A stretch of DNA of 63,993 nucleotides, filler included, from Lama guanicoe (GCA_013239625.1; 76 parts of 73 records of this genome joined end to end with filler, not necessarily neighbours in it), one strand, 5' to 3'; positions 12,191 through 24,885 are shown, counted from the whole stretch's first letter. Notes: generated from the sequence alone by a model not told the origin. Numbers and translations: made by a program.

Positions 12191-12970
12191 GAAAAATGCT
12201 TTTAACTTTAAACCTACTCTAGGAAACATGCAGAGAAATCATGGTATGTGCTTGAGGTGTAGCCTTGCTGTTTACATTACATAAAGGAATGAGTCCCCAC
12301 ATGTACCATTTTGGGAACGGAATCTGTGTTGTAGCCTCCTTCACTTAGGTTTTTAGAAACCCTGAGTTTCTGGCCACGGGGAATTAGGCTTGTTGCATAT
12401 CTAAGGGGCAGTAAAAACTCCAGGGCTCTTTTCCATTGCAAACCACTTCTACTTGAGACTGGTTTTAAGAATCATGCTGAGAAATCAGAGTAAGTGTTTC
12501 TACATGTCACTCTACATTTTATGCTGGATGAAAGAACGTCTCTCCACATGGTCACCTCTGACATCAGTATGTGTGTTGGAGACGTCCTTCACATAACTTC
12601 TTGGAAAGCCAGAGTTTCTGGTCTAGAGGAACTATGCTACTTACATATCTAAGGGGAAGCAATCGCAGCAATTATATTTTCCAGAGCAAACAATTTTTAC
12701 ATTGAAACCGGACCTTGAAAACATACAGAGAAATCAGAGAATGTCTTACTACAATTCACTCTACCTTTTATGCTGGAAAAAGAACGCCTCAACACATACT
12801 GAATTCTGAGGGTTGAATGTGTGTGAATACCGCCAAACACATAGCTTGTTGGGAAGACACAGTTTCTTTTGGGTGGGTAACAAGAACACATACATATATA
12901 AGGGGAGGTATTAATTGCAAATCAGTTTTACAGTGAAAATTATATGAACTTTGTACAGGCACTAAGAAAC
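12191..12970 (+). repeat. Diverged satellite family A monomers
   Basis: gagaaatcagagtaagtgtttc, gaacgtctctccacatg and gttttacagtgaaaa match family A at lower identity. Confidence 0.85.
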
Positions 12971-13070
12971 NNNNNNNNNNNNNNNNNNNNNNNNNNNNNN
13001 NNNNNNNNNNNNNNTTAATTAATTAANNNNNNNNNNNNNNNNNNNNNNNNNNNNNNNNNNNNNNNNNNNN

Positions 13071-14043
13071 TATTCTAAATTCTGTGCTCCATATTCTATA
13101 TTCTGTATTCAATATTCTCTATTCCATATTCTACATTCCATATTCTGTGTTCTACATTCCAAATTCTAAATTTTATATTCAGTATTCAGTATTCTATATA
13201 CTTAATACTATGTTCTGCATTCCATGTTCTAAATTCTGCGTTCTGTATTCTGTTTTCATATTCTATATTTTGTGTTCTTCATTCTATATTCTGTAGACTA
13301 TATTGTACATTTCGTATCCTATATTCTATATTCAGTGTTCTACATTCGATGGTCAAAATTCTGGGTTCTATATTCTCTACTCTATATTATAAATTTTGTG
13401 TTAATTATTCAATATTCTATATTCTATATTGTGTATTCTATATTCCATATTCTATATTTTGTGTTCTACATTCTATATTCTAAATTCTATATTCAGTATT
13501 CTGTATTCTATATTCTAAATTCTGTGTTCTGCATTCCATGTTATTCTGTGTTCTCTATTCTCTATTCTGTATTCTATATTCTGTGTTCTACATTCTATAT
13601 TCTAAATTCTATATTCAGTATTCTTTATTCTATATTCTAAATTCTGTGTTCTACATTGTATATTCGAAATTCTATATTCAGTATTCTGTATTTTATATTC
13701 TAAATTCTGTGTTCTGCATTCCATGTTCTCAATTCTGGATTTTGTATTCTATTTTCCATATTCTAAATTCTGTGTTCTATATTCTATTTTCTGTATTCAA
13801 TATTGTGCACTCCGTATTCTAATTCCATATTCTGTGTTCTACATTCTATTTTATAAATTTTATATTCAGTATTCTGTTTTCTTTTTTTTAAATTCTTTGC
13901 CCTGCATTCCATTTTCTAAATTCTGGTTCTGAGTTCTGTTTTCTTATGTCTATATTCTGGGTTCAAAATTCAATATTCTGTATTGTATATTCTACATTCC
14001 GTATACTATATTCTATATTCTGTGTTCAACATTCTATATTCTA
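13071..14043 (+). repeat. Heptamer satellite D
   Basis: ATTCTAT-type heptamer iteration. Confidence 0.95.
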
Positions 14044-14143
14044 NNNNNNNNNNNNNNNNNNNNNNNNNNNNNNNNNNNNNNNNNNNNTTAATTAATTAAN
14101 NNNNNNNNNNNNNNNNNNNNNNNNNNNNNNNNNNNNNNNNNNN

Positions 14144-14628
14144 CGGGGACGGGCCGGCGGCCGAGGAGAGGAAGCCCGGGAGGAGAGGACTCTCCGGCGG
14201 GAGAGGGGAAGTGCACACCAGCCGCGGACTGAGGGGAGCCCGGCTGGGTGAGAGGCGGCAGGTGCACACCTCGCCCTGGACAGGTGTGCCTGGGGCGCCG
14301 GGGCAGGTGGACTGGCCCGAGCAATTCAGCTGGACACAGGCTGACTGGCTCCCTGAGGGCTGTGACACGCGGACCGCCCTCCTGCAGCCGCCTGACCACT
14401 TTCCCGGGGGCTCCCCACCTTGCACTTCCACAGCCAGAGGCCCCGGCCCCAGGCAGGAGCCAAAGGCTTACCGGGCTACAGAGCTGAGAAGCCTTTGGGG
14501 CCGATCCCCGGCTCGGAGCTGGAGCTTCCAAAGCGCGGTCAGCTGGCACCCACTGCGCATGCGCAGGCAGGCCAGCGATCCTCTGCGTTCTGCTAGAGAA
14601 GGTGGGGCAGCGAGGAAGGAAGAAGATG
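14144..14628 (-). promoter_or_regulatory. CpG-island promoter and first exon, copy 2, with NRF1 site
   Basis: TGCGCATGCGCA at 14554-14565; minus-strand donor CCG|GTAAGC at 14471; GC- and CpG-rich. Confidence 0.6.
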
Positions 14629-14728
14629 NNNNNNNNNNNNNNNNNNNNNNNNNNNNNNNNNNNNNNNNNNNNTTAATTAATTAANNNNNNNNNNNNNNNN
14701 NNNNNNNNNNNNNNNNNNNNNNNNNNNN

Positions 14729-15626
14729 GCATTCCATGTTCTAAATTTTGGGTTCCATATACTCTATGCAATATTCTGTATTGTGTGTTCTACATTCTAT
14801 ATTCTGTATCGCATATTCTGCATTCCGTATTCTATATTCATTATTCTGCGTTCTACATTCTATATTCTAAAATTTATATTAAGTATTCTGTATTCTATAT
14901 TCTAAATTCTGTGTACTGCATTTCGTGTTCTTAGTTCTGGGTTCTATATTCACTCTTCTATATTCTATATTTTTGTTCTTCATTCTATATTCTATATACT
15001 ATATTCTGCATTCCCTATACTTTATTCTGTATTCTGTGTTATTAAATATATATTCTAAATTCTATATTCAGTATTCTGTATTCTATACTCTAAATTCTGT
15101 GTTCTGCATTCCATGTTCTATATTCTGGGTTCTATATTCTGTTTTCCATATTCTAAATTCTGTGTTCTATATTCTATATTCTGTATTCTATATTCTGCAT
15201 TCCGTATTCTACATTCCATATTCTGTGTTCTACATTCTATATTCTTAATTTTATATNNNNNNNNNNNNNNNNNNNNNNNNNNNNNNNNNNNNNNNNNNNN
15301 NNNNNNNNNNNNNNNNNNNNNNNNNNNNNNNNNNNNNNNNNNNNNNNNNNNNNNNNNNNNNNNNNNNNNNNNNNNNNNNNNNNNNNNNNNNNNNNNNNNN
15401 NNNNNNNNNNNNNNNNNNNNNNNNNNNNNNNNNNNNNNNNAAATTCTATACAGTATTCTGTATTCTATATTCTAAATTCTGTGTTCTACATTCCATGTTC
15501 TAAATTCAGGGTTCTATATCCTCATTTCTATATTCTATATACTGGGTTCTAAATTCCATATTCTTAATTCAATATTTTGTATTCTTTACACTATATTCTA
15601 AATTCTGTGTTCTACATTCTATATTG
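14729..15626 (+). repeat. Heptamer satellite D
   Basis: Heptamer iteration. Confidence 0.95.
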
Positions 15627-15726
15627 NNNNNNNNNNNNNNNNNNNNNNNNNNNNNNNNNNNNNNNNNNNNTTAATTAATTAANNNNNNNNNNNNNNNNNN
15701 NNNNNNNNNNNNNNNNNNNNNNNNNN

Positions 15727-16523
15727 CCCAGAATTTAGAACATGGAATGCAGAACACAGGATGTAGAATATAGAAATCAAAATACTGAATACAGAATTTT
15801 GAATATAGAATGTAGAACACAGAATATAGAATATAGACTACGGAATGCAGAATAAAGAATATAGAATAAAGAATGATGAACACAAAATATACAATATAGG
15901 ACAGAGAATATAGAACACAGAATTTAGAACTTGGAATGCAGAACACAGAATTTAGAATATAGAAATCAGAATACTGAATACAGAATTTAGAATATAGAAT
16001 GTAGAACACAGAATATAGAATATAGACTACGGAATGCAGAATAAAGAATATAGAATAAAGAATGATGAACACAAAATATACAATATAGGACAGAGAATAT
16101 AGAACACAGAATTTAGAACTTGGAATGCAGAACACAGAATTTAGAATATAGAATACAGAATTCTGAATATCGAATTTAGAATATAGAATGTGGAACACAC
16201 CATATGGAATGTAGAATACGGAATGCAGAATATTGAATACAGAATATAGAATGTANNNNNNNNNNNNNNNNNNNNNNNNNNNNNNNNNNNNNNNNNNNNN
16301 ATATAGAATATAGAATGATGAACACAGAATATAGAATACAGAGTAGAGAATATAGAACCCAGAATTTAGAACATGGAAAGCAGAATTCAGTATTTAGAAT
16401 ATAGAATACAGAATACTGCATATAGATTTTAGAACATGGAATGCAGAACCCAGAATATACAATATAGAATATTGTATACTGAATATAGAATTTAGAATAA
16501 ATAATGTAGAACACAGAATAAAG
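15727..16523 (-). repeat. Heptamer satellite D with a 189-bp near-exact duplication
   Basis: GACTACGG at 15836 and 16025. Confidence 0.95.
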
Positions 16524-17181
16524 ANNNNNNNNNNNNNNNNNNNNNNNNNNNNNNNNNNNNNNNNNNNNTTAATTAATTAANNNNNNNNNNNNNNNNNNNN
16601 NNNNNNNNNNNNNNNNNNNNNNNNGGTGGGGTGGGGAGTGTCTGGTTACTAGCTTCCTGGGGAGGTATTTGGTGGTAAGTTTCAGGAGACTAAAATCCTC
16701 TGGTCAATTGGCCGGGGATTCTTCTTCTGGAAAGCCGTCATTAGAAATGAAAAAGAGATGTGAACAATGCTTTTTGCACAGAGATGTTCTTTATTTTCTA
16801 TTTATACTATCAAAAACTGGAAATAAGTTAAATGAAAAAGTGTATTGGAATGGTAGATTATGGTACATTGGTGATTCTGAAAAAAAATCCACTGATTTTA
16901 AAGAAATGTAATGATTTGTAAATGTTCACTATATAGTTTTTCAGTAAAAGTATAGAATTCATCCTAGAGAACGTGTCTCTAGAATTTAGGGCAGGGGATT
17001 TCGGTTGGGATCATTATTTGCATTTTTAATACTTTTTGTTTTTTATAAGAGGTACCATATATGTATGAGTCTATGTGTATTNNNNNNNNNNNNNNNNNNN
17101 NNNNNNNNNNNNNNNNNNNNNNNNNTTAATTAATTAANNNNNNNNNNNNNNNNNNNNNNNNNNNNNNNNNNNNNNNNNNNN

Positions 17182-18350
17182 TAAGCTATATTTTTTATTC
17201 TGTTTTTTACATTCTATATTCTAAAGTATATAATCAGTATTATGTATTCTATATTCTATATTCTGTGTTCTACATTCAGTTTTTTTAATTGTTTATTAAG
17301 TATTCTGTATACTACATTCTAAATTCTGTGTTCGGCATTCCATGTTGTAAATTCTGGGTTCTATATTCACTTTTCTATATTCTATATTCTGTGTTCTACA
17401 TTGTATATTCTAAATTCTATATTCAGCATTCTGTATTCTATATTNNNNNNNNNNNNNNNNNNNNNNNNNNNNNNNNNNNNNNNNNNNNNNNNNNNNNNNN
17501 NNNNNNNNNNNNNNNNNNNNNNNNNNNNNNNNNNNNNNNNNNNNNNNNNNNNNNNNNNNNNNNNNNNNNNNNNNNNNNNNNNNNNNNNNNNNNNNNNNNN
17601 NNNNNNNNNNNNNNNNNNNNNNNNNNNNNNNNNNNNNNNNNNNNNNNNNNNNNNNNNNNNNNNNNNNNNNNNNNNNNNNNNNNNNNNNNNNTAAATTGTG
17701 TGTTCTTCATTCTAGATTCTACATACTATATTTTGCATTCGGTATACTATATTCTATATTCTGTGTTCTACATTCTATATTCTAAATACTATATTCAGAT
17801 TTCTGTATACAATATTATAAATCCTTTGTTCTTCATTCCATATTCTAAATTCTATATTCAGTATTCTTTATTCTAAATTCTATATTCTGTGTTCTACATT
17901 CTATATTCTAAATAGTATATTCAGTATTCTCTGTTCTATATTCTATATTCTGAGTTCTACATTCTATATTCTAAATAGTATATTCAGTATTCTCTGTTCT
18001 ATATTCTATATTCTGAGTTCTACATTCTATATTCTAAATACTATATTCAGATTTCTGTATACAATATTATAAATCCTGTGTTCTTCATTCCATATTCTAA
18101 ATTCTATATTCTGTGTTCTACATTCAATTATTTAATTTTTTATAAATTATTATGTATACTATATTCTATATTCAGTTTTCTGCAATTCTATGTTCTAAAT
18201 TCTGGGTTCTATATTCTCTATTGTATATTTTATTTTTTGTGTTCTTCATTTTATATTCTACATTTTATATTCTGCATTCCGTATTCTATATTTTTTATAT
18301 TGTGTACTACATTCTATATTCTAAATTCTATCTTCAGTATTCTGTATTCT
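17182..18350 (+). repeat. Heptamer satellite D with 63-bp duplications
   Basis: AATAGTATATTCAG at 17911 and 17974. Confidence 0.95.
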
Positions 18351-18684
18351 NNNNNNNNNNNNNNNNNNNNNNNNNNNNNNNNNNNNNNNNNNNNTTAATT
18401 AATTAANNNNNNNNNNNNNNNNNNNNNNNNNNNNNNNNNNNNNNNNNNNNATAAGCATCATATATGCTTCATTTTAACTGGATGAATGAGAAGTAAACAT
18501 TGACTGAAAGTTACACTTGAGTTGCTAGGAGACCAGTCGTTTTGTGATGTCACAGCTACTCAGGTTGAGAACAATTTTGATGGCCTAGCAGTTTATCTGT
18601 GCAGGCCTGCCAAAGCAGCATTTGAAGCTGCAGTGCTCAAAATCATGCAGATTAGAAAAGTAGCTGTAGAAAAATTTATATATA

Positions 18685-19202
18685 ATGACACATATTTCTT
18701 CAGAAATTCAAGATGTGTCTCGTAAAGACGGACCAAGTGGTTCAGGAAATTCCGGTTGATCTCTATTGTGTGATCAAACAATCTCTGAAGACTTGGACTT
18801 GAGATCTATGATTGAAGAAAATGCTTTTCAGACTTTGTCTGATGAATTCTTGATAAAAAAGGCCATTTTACACAAATTCTGTCTCTGAATCAGATGAAGA
18901 TAATGATTTTCGTTCTCTGACATTTCCAAGAAAACTCTGGAAAATGGCTGGGAGTGACCAATTTAAATCTGTCTGGTGGGATGATAATGGAACTTCCATA
19001 TCCATAGTGATTGATGAAGATGTCTTTAAGAAGGAAGTTTTGGAAAGAAAGGCCCTTTTCAGAGTATTTAAGCTGGAAGTATGAAAAGTTTAGTTAGACA
19101 GCTTAACCTTTATGGGTTTAATAGATTGCGGCAGAAATTTCAAAGATCTGCTTGTCTAGCAGACTTTCTGGAAGAAGAAAATATGTCTCTGTTTTAAGCA
19201 AA
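18685..19202 (+). pseudogene. HSFY: Heat shock transcription factor, Y-linked: exon 1, disrupted
   Basis: MTHISSEIQDVS..DLDLRSMIEENAFQ..DNDFRSLTFPRKLWKM..DQFKSVWWDDNGTS..FKKEVLERKA..MKSLVRQLNLYGF..FQRSA matches the HSFY N-terminus and HSF DNA-binding domain; in-frame TGA at 18757 and several frameshifts; homology ends at aa|gtattc where the HSFY intron is expected. Confidence 0.9.
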
Positions 19203-19820
19203 GTATTCAGAAACTTTAGTTACCACATGGTAANNNNNNNNNNNNNNNNNNNNNNNNNNNNNNNNNNNNNNNNNNNNTTAATTAATTAANNNNNNNNNNN
19301 NNNNNNNNNNNNNNNNNNNNNNNNNNNNNNNNNAGAAGAGGGGAGGAAGTATATTGTCTCTCTGGAGAGAGTTAGAACTGGATCATCATCCAGTGAGCAG
19401 AGCCTCTGCTGACCCAGGGATGTCTGGAGCTAAAAGTGCCCTATCGGAGTGGTCCAGCTTTGAGGGGAAATGGCTGCACCTTGGTGCTCCTTCATCAGAC
19501 TCTGCTGGATGTGCAGCGCCCTGGGAAGGGGTATGGCCTTGGGCAGGAACCCCTTCAGCTGGGGTAGTCCCTGAGGTCTCTGCCCCCATCAGGACACACC
19601 CAACTGAAATGTCTCATGTCTGGACTTCTGCTGATGATTTTTGCTGTAAAACATGACATTTTCTCATCTCATCCTTGTTATGGAAATTGTTGATTCATTT
19701 GAAACTCACACTCTTCTCTTNNNNNNNNNNNNNNNNNNNNNNNNNNNNNNNNNNNNNNNNNNNNTTAATTAATTAANNNNNNNNNNNNNNNNNNNNNNNN
19801 NNNNNNNNNNNNNNNNNNNN

Positions 19821-20716
19821 TATCGCCAGAGCCCTCGAACTCTCGCTTTCTTTCTAATCCGCTGCATCGGATCACCGGCGTGCCCGTCATGTCAGACGCG
19901 GCCGTGGACACCAGCTCTGAGATCACCACCAAGGACTTAAAAGAGAAGAAGGAAGTTGTGGAGGAGGCGGAGAATGGGAGAGAGGCACCTGCTAATGGGA
20001 ATGCTAATGAGGAAAATGGGGAACAGGAGGCCGACAATGAGGTAGATGAAGAAGAGGAAGAAGGTGGGGAGGAAGAGGAGGAGGAAGAGGAAGGTGAAGG
20101 TGATGAAGATGAGGAGGCTGAGGCAGCTACGGGCAAACGGGCAGCTGAAGATGATGAGGATGACGATGTTGACACCAAGAAGCAGAAGACTGATGAGGAT
20201 GACTAGACAGCAAAAAAGGAAAAGTTAAACTTAAAAAAAAACCCAAAACGCCGCCGTGACCTATTCACCCTCCACTTCCCGTCTCAGAATCTAAACGTTG
20301 GTCACCTTCGAGTAGAGAGGCCCGCCCGCCTGCCGCGGGCAGCGCCACCTGCTGATGACACGCTCTCCACCACGCAACCAAAACCACAACGTGAATTTGC
20401 AACAGGGGAAGAAGAAACAACCAAATCGTCCAAGGCCCTGCTTTTTTTCTTAAAGTACTTTAAAAAGGAAAATTTGTTTGTATTTTTTATTTACATTTTA
20501 TATTTTTGTACATATTGTTAGGGGTCAGCCATTTTTAATGATCTCGGATGACCAAACCAGCCTTCGGAGTGTTCTCTGTCCTGCTTCTGACTTTACTTGT
20601 GGTGTGACCATGTTCATTATAATCTCAAAGGAGAAAAATAACCTTGTAAAAAAAACCAAAAAAAACCCAAAAAATCTTATTCCGAGCATTCCAGTAACTT
20701 TTTTTGTGTATGTACT
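19821..20716 (+). pseudogene. PTMA: Prothymosin alpha processed retrocopy (5'UTR, CDS and 3'UTR, intronless)
   Basis: Continuous mRNA-like sequence including the PTMA 3'UTR; no introns. Confidence 0.93.
19889..20206 (+). CDS. PTMA: Open 105-aa prothymosin-alpha ORF in the retrocopy (expression unknown)
   Basis: MSDAAVDTSSEITTKDLKEKKEVVEEAEN...TKKQKTDEDD*; about 5 aa shorter in the acidic tract than canonical PTMA. Confidence 0.6.
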   Translation: MSDAAVDTSSEITTKDLKEKKEVVEEAENGREAPANGNANEENGEQEADNEVDEEEEEGGEEEEEEEEGEGDEDEEAEAATGKRAAEDDEDDDVDTKKQKTDEDD

Positions 20717-20816
20717 NNNNNNNNNNNNNNNNNNNNNNNNNNNNNNNNNNNNNNNNNNNNTTAATTAATTAANNNNNNNNNNNNNNNNNNNNNNNNNNNN
20801 NNNNNNNNNNNNNNNN

Positions 20817-21481
20817 AAAGAATATAGAAACCCGAATTTAGAACATGGAATGCAGAACACAGAATTTAGAATATAGAATACAGAATACTGAATATAGAAT
20901 TAACAACAACGATTGCAGAACACAGAATTAAGAATATAGTGTTCAGAATACTGAGTATAGAATTTTGAATATAGAATTTAAAACACAGTATATAAAATAT
21001 AGAAAACCGAATATAGGAACCAGAATTTAGAACATGGAATGCAGAACACAGAATTTAGAATATAGAATACACATTACTGAATATAGAATTTAGAATATAG
21101 GATGTATAACACAGAATATATAATATAGAATACTGAATGCACTATATTTAATGTAGAATATTGAATGAGTAACACAAAATTTAGAATATAGAAGAGAGAA
21201 TATGGAAGCCAGAATTAAGAAAATGGAATGCAGAACACAGAATTTATAATATAAAATGCAGAATACTGAATATAGGATTTAGAATATAGAATGTAGAATA
21301 CTGAATATAGAATTTAGAATACAGAATGTAGAACACATAATACAGAATAAAGAATACGGGATGCAGAATATAGAATGTAGAATAAAGAATGAAAAACACA
21401 TAATATAGAATTGAGTAGATAATATAGAAGCGAGAATTTAAAATATGGAATGCAGGACACAGAATTTAGAATATAGAATAC
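20817..21481 (-). repeat. Heptamer satellite D
   Basis: Heptamer iteration. Confidence 0.95.
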
Positions 21482-21581
21482 NNNNNNNNNNNNNNNNNNN
21501 NNNNNNNNNNNNNNNNNNNNNNNNNTTAATTAATTAANNNNNNNNNNNNNNNNNNNNNNNNNNNNNNNNNNNNNNNNNNNN

Positions 21582-22463
21582 AACGGTCGGCAGCGCATGG
21601 GTTCTAACGGAATGCCTAAGCTCGACTCCCATGGTTATTTTCCTAATGTCTCTTTGCCAGGGATGCTAGGGGTGTTTGCAGGCAATCCCAGTGACAGAGG
21701 CTGCCTCCCCAAGGTCTGGGAAGGTATTTCTCGGACTTCCCCGTTCAGGGAACACCTGTGACTTAAGAGAGCTGCNNNNNNNNNNNNNNNNNNNNNNNNN
21801 NNNNNNNNNNNNNNNNNNNNNNNNNNNNNNNNNNNNNNNNNNNNNNNNNNNNNNNNNNNNNNNNNNNNNNNNNNNNNNNNNNNNNNNNNNNNNNNNNNNN
21901 NNNNNNNNNNNNNNNNNNNNNNNNNNNNNNNNNNNNNNNNNNNNNNNNNNNNNNNNNNNNNNNNNNNNNNNNNNNNNNNNNNNNNNNNNNNNNNNNNNNN
22001 NNNNNNNNNNNNNNNNNNNNNNNNNNNNNNNNNNNNNNNNNNNNNNNNNNNNNNNNNNNNNNNNNNNNNNNNNNNNNNNNNNNNNNNNNNNNNNNNNNNN
22101 NNNNNNNNNNNNNNNNNNNNNNNNNNNNNNNNNNNNNNNNNNNNNCCTAAGCTCGTCTCCCCTGGGATTTTTCCTAATATCTCTCTGTCAGGGAATGCTA
22201 GGGGGGTTTCCAGGCAATCCCAGTGACAGAGGCTGCCTCCTCAAGGTCAGTGAAGGTATTACTCGGACTTCCCCTTTCAGGGAACACCTGTGACTGAAGA
22301 GAGCTGCGTGGAGTTGTCTCTCGAGCTCCCCACGCACTGACAATGGTTCCGGAATCCTGAGCGTGTGGAGGTTCCACCAAAGGTCGGCAGAGCGTTGGTT
22401 CGAACGGAATGCCGAAGCTCGACTACCCTGGGATTTTTCCTAATGTCTCTGTGCCAGGGAATG
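21582..22463 (-). repeat. Satellite family B, reverse orientation
   Basis: Reverse complement of the 267-bp monomer. Confidence 0.93.
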
Positions 22464-23594
22464 NNNNNNNNNNNNNNNNNNNNNNNNNNNNNNNNNNNNN
22501 NNNNNNNTTAATTAATTAANNNNNNNNNNNNNNNNNNNNNNNNNNNNNNNNNNNNNNNNNNNNGGTTTTGGGAAGCCAGAAGTCATACAGTCGCCTGAGC
22601 AGCCTTGTTCCTACCATAATGGAGGGAAAAGGTGCCGAAAAGTCAGGCTAGGGTCAGACCCTGTGGTGGGTTATGAGTGACAGGAAAGGACTAGTCAGGC
22701 NNNNNNNNNNNNNNNNNNNNNNNNNNNNNNNNNNNNNNNNNNNNNNNNNNNNNNNNNNNNNNNNNNNNNNNNNNNNNNNNNNNNNNNNNNNNNNNNNNNN
22801 NNNNNNNNNNNNNNNNNNNNNNNNNNNNNNNNNNNNNNNNNNNNNNNNNNNNNNNNNNNNNNNNNNNNNNNNNNNNNNNNNNNNNNNNNNNNNNNNNNNN
22901 NNNNNNNNNNNNNNNNNNNNNNNNNNNNNNNNNNNNNNNNNNNNNNNNNNNNNNNNNNNNNNNNNNNNNNNNNNNNNNNNNNNNNNNNNNNNNNNNNNNN
23001 NNNNNNNNNNNNNNNNNNNNNNNNNNNNNNNNNNNNNNNNNNNNNNNNNNNNNNNNNNNNNNNNNNNNNNNNNNNNNNNNNNNNNNNTTCGTCATAAGAC
23101 ATGTTTTCCCTTGGGGACCGGATTTGACTTTGCAGATTAATGTTGAAAATTTGGGCTTCTGGCAAAGCTGTTTTCAGAAATGGGTATATAGCTAACATAT
23201 ATTATAAAATAAATTGCTTTTATTTAATATGTGGGAGTTTGCAGCAGTTGGAGCATTTCTGTTGGCCTGGTCTCCACGGAGGACATTAGGGTTCAGCAGA
23301 GCGTGCGGGAGGGCAGGTAGCCAGCCCTGCTGCTGTGGGGGGTTCTCCCCAGCACGGTGCTCTGCTGAGTTGACACTTCTCTGAGTTTGGTTGCCAATTG
23401 AGCAGACAGCATGTTAATGAGTTCTGGTGGGATTGTATAATGACAGGAAGAAAGGAAGCCGTTGTTTTTCTGAACTAGAACACGCGTTTGGTTCTTGATT
23501 CAGTGTGTTTCATTACAGAATTGATGAGCTGTGTCTATTCTGGGACTTCATAGAAATAATCTTTCAGACTAAAATTTAATAGTTATGTTTCATT

Positions 23595-23866
23595 TGGTAG
23601 GACGGCTCGAGCCTGGATGGCAGCCCCTCAGATCACTCTGAGGGACTGCTCCCAAGAGGCATGGGAGGAGCTAGGATAAATAGTAGCTTTACAACAAAGA
23701 CCAGGTACTTGGAACAATAAAAGATTGCTTGTTATCCAAAGAAAGCCAGATATCTCAAGTTCAATTATTTAGTGCTTTTCTATGTATGTGATGAAGCAAA
23801 CATATGGGTAATTGAACTCATTTCTTTGGCAAGCACCTAGCTATCTAGGGCCAGTATCCTGTCCTT
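23595..23866. mobile_element. Probable ERV LTR fragment
   Basis: Abrupt change of sequence character; resembles cetartiodactyl LTRs as I recall them (ctctgagggactgctcc, ccagatatctcaagtt); not verified by search. Confidence 0.45.
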
Positions 23867-24576
23867 NNNNNNNNNNNNNNNNNNNNNNNNNNNNNNNNNN
23901 NNNNNNNNNNTTAATTAATTAANNNNNNNNNNNNNNNNNNNNNNNNNNNNNNNNNNNNNNNNNNNNCATTCTCCTACATCTGCTCAAGCCATCTTACCAT
24001 TATTTAAACAGTTCTAACTACCCTAAGACAGCTAATAGCTAGATAATGCCCTAGTCCTGAGACTTATTTTGAGAATCTCATCTCTGTATCCCTAACTAAA
24101 CAGAAACTTCATGATCTAAGCTGAAAATGCACCATATCTTGGCTTAATGCTTTAGCTGTTGTCTGGATGCTTTGTACACATGTGTCTAAGTTTGAACGGA
24201 CAATCTTAAATTGTAAACTTGAGTTATACAGGAATAAGCATGTAATTCTCTGGCCATGGTGATGAACCAAGATCATTGTATAATATTTTGCAATGATGAC
24301 AATGATGATTAAGAGGATGATGGGAACACTAGCAGATCTGGATAAATACTGGTGCAGGAGCTAAACAATGCTTCCTATTTCTAACCATTATTTCTCAGCA
24401 GGTACTCTCACTTTGTGTTCCAAGTAAAGGATGAAGAATCACTGGGGTGAACAAGGTCAGCAGATTACTTTCCTACAGTGCACCTCAAAGTCTTTAAAAT
24501 ATTAATATCTGTTAACATTCTCCAAATATGGAATAACATACACTCAAGAGTTTCCCAAATATATTTGGTCACTTAA

Positions 24577-24785
24577 TTTTATTTCTCAGGGAGCATCTAT
24601 TAACATCTTTGAGGATATTGGCTATTTACAAAACCTATTTGGGAAAATACACTCTACTGATGCTAAGTACTAATTATAAATACTTCTGTATGTCCTGTGA
24701 TGTTTAGCATCCAGGAAATTTATTTTTCAGGGAGCGTCTATTAACATTTTGAGGATATTGGCTATTTACAAAACCTACTTGGGAA
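24577..24785 (+). repeat. Direct repeat of ~68 bp, period ~141 bp
   Basis: cagggagc.tctattaacat.tttgaggatattggctatttacaaaaccta.ttgggaa at 24587 and 24728. Confidence 0.85.
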
Positions 24786-24885
24786 NNNNNNNNNNNNNNN
24801 NNNNNNNNNNNNNNNNNNNNNNNNNNNNNTTAATTAATTAANNNNNNNNNNNNNNNNNNNNNNNNNNNNNNNNNNNNNNNNNNNN

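Noticed and set aside
18451..20716. HSFY-PTMA 'cluster'
   Set aside because: Different scaffolds separated by artificial spacers; no linkage can be inferred
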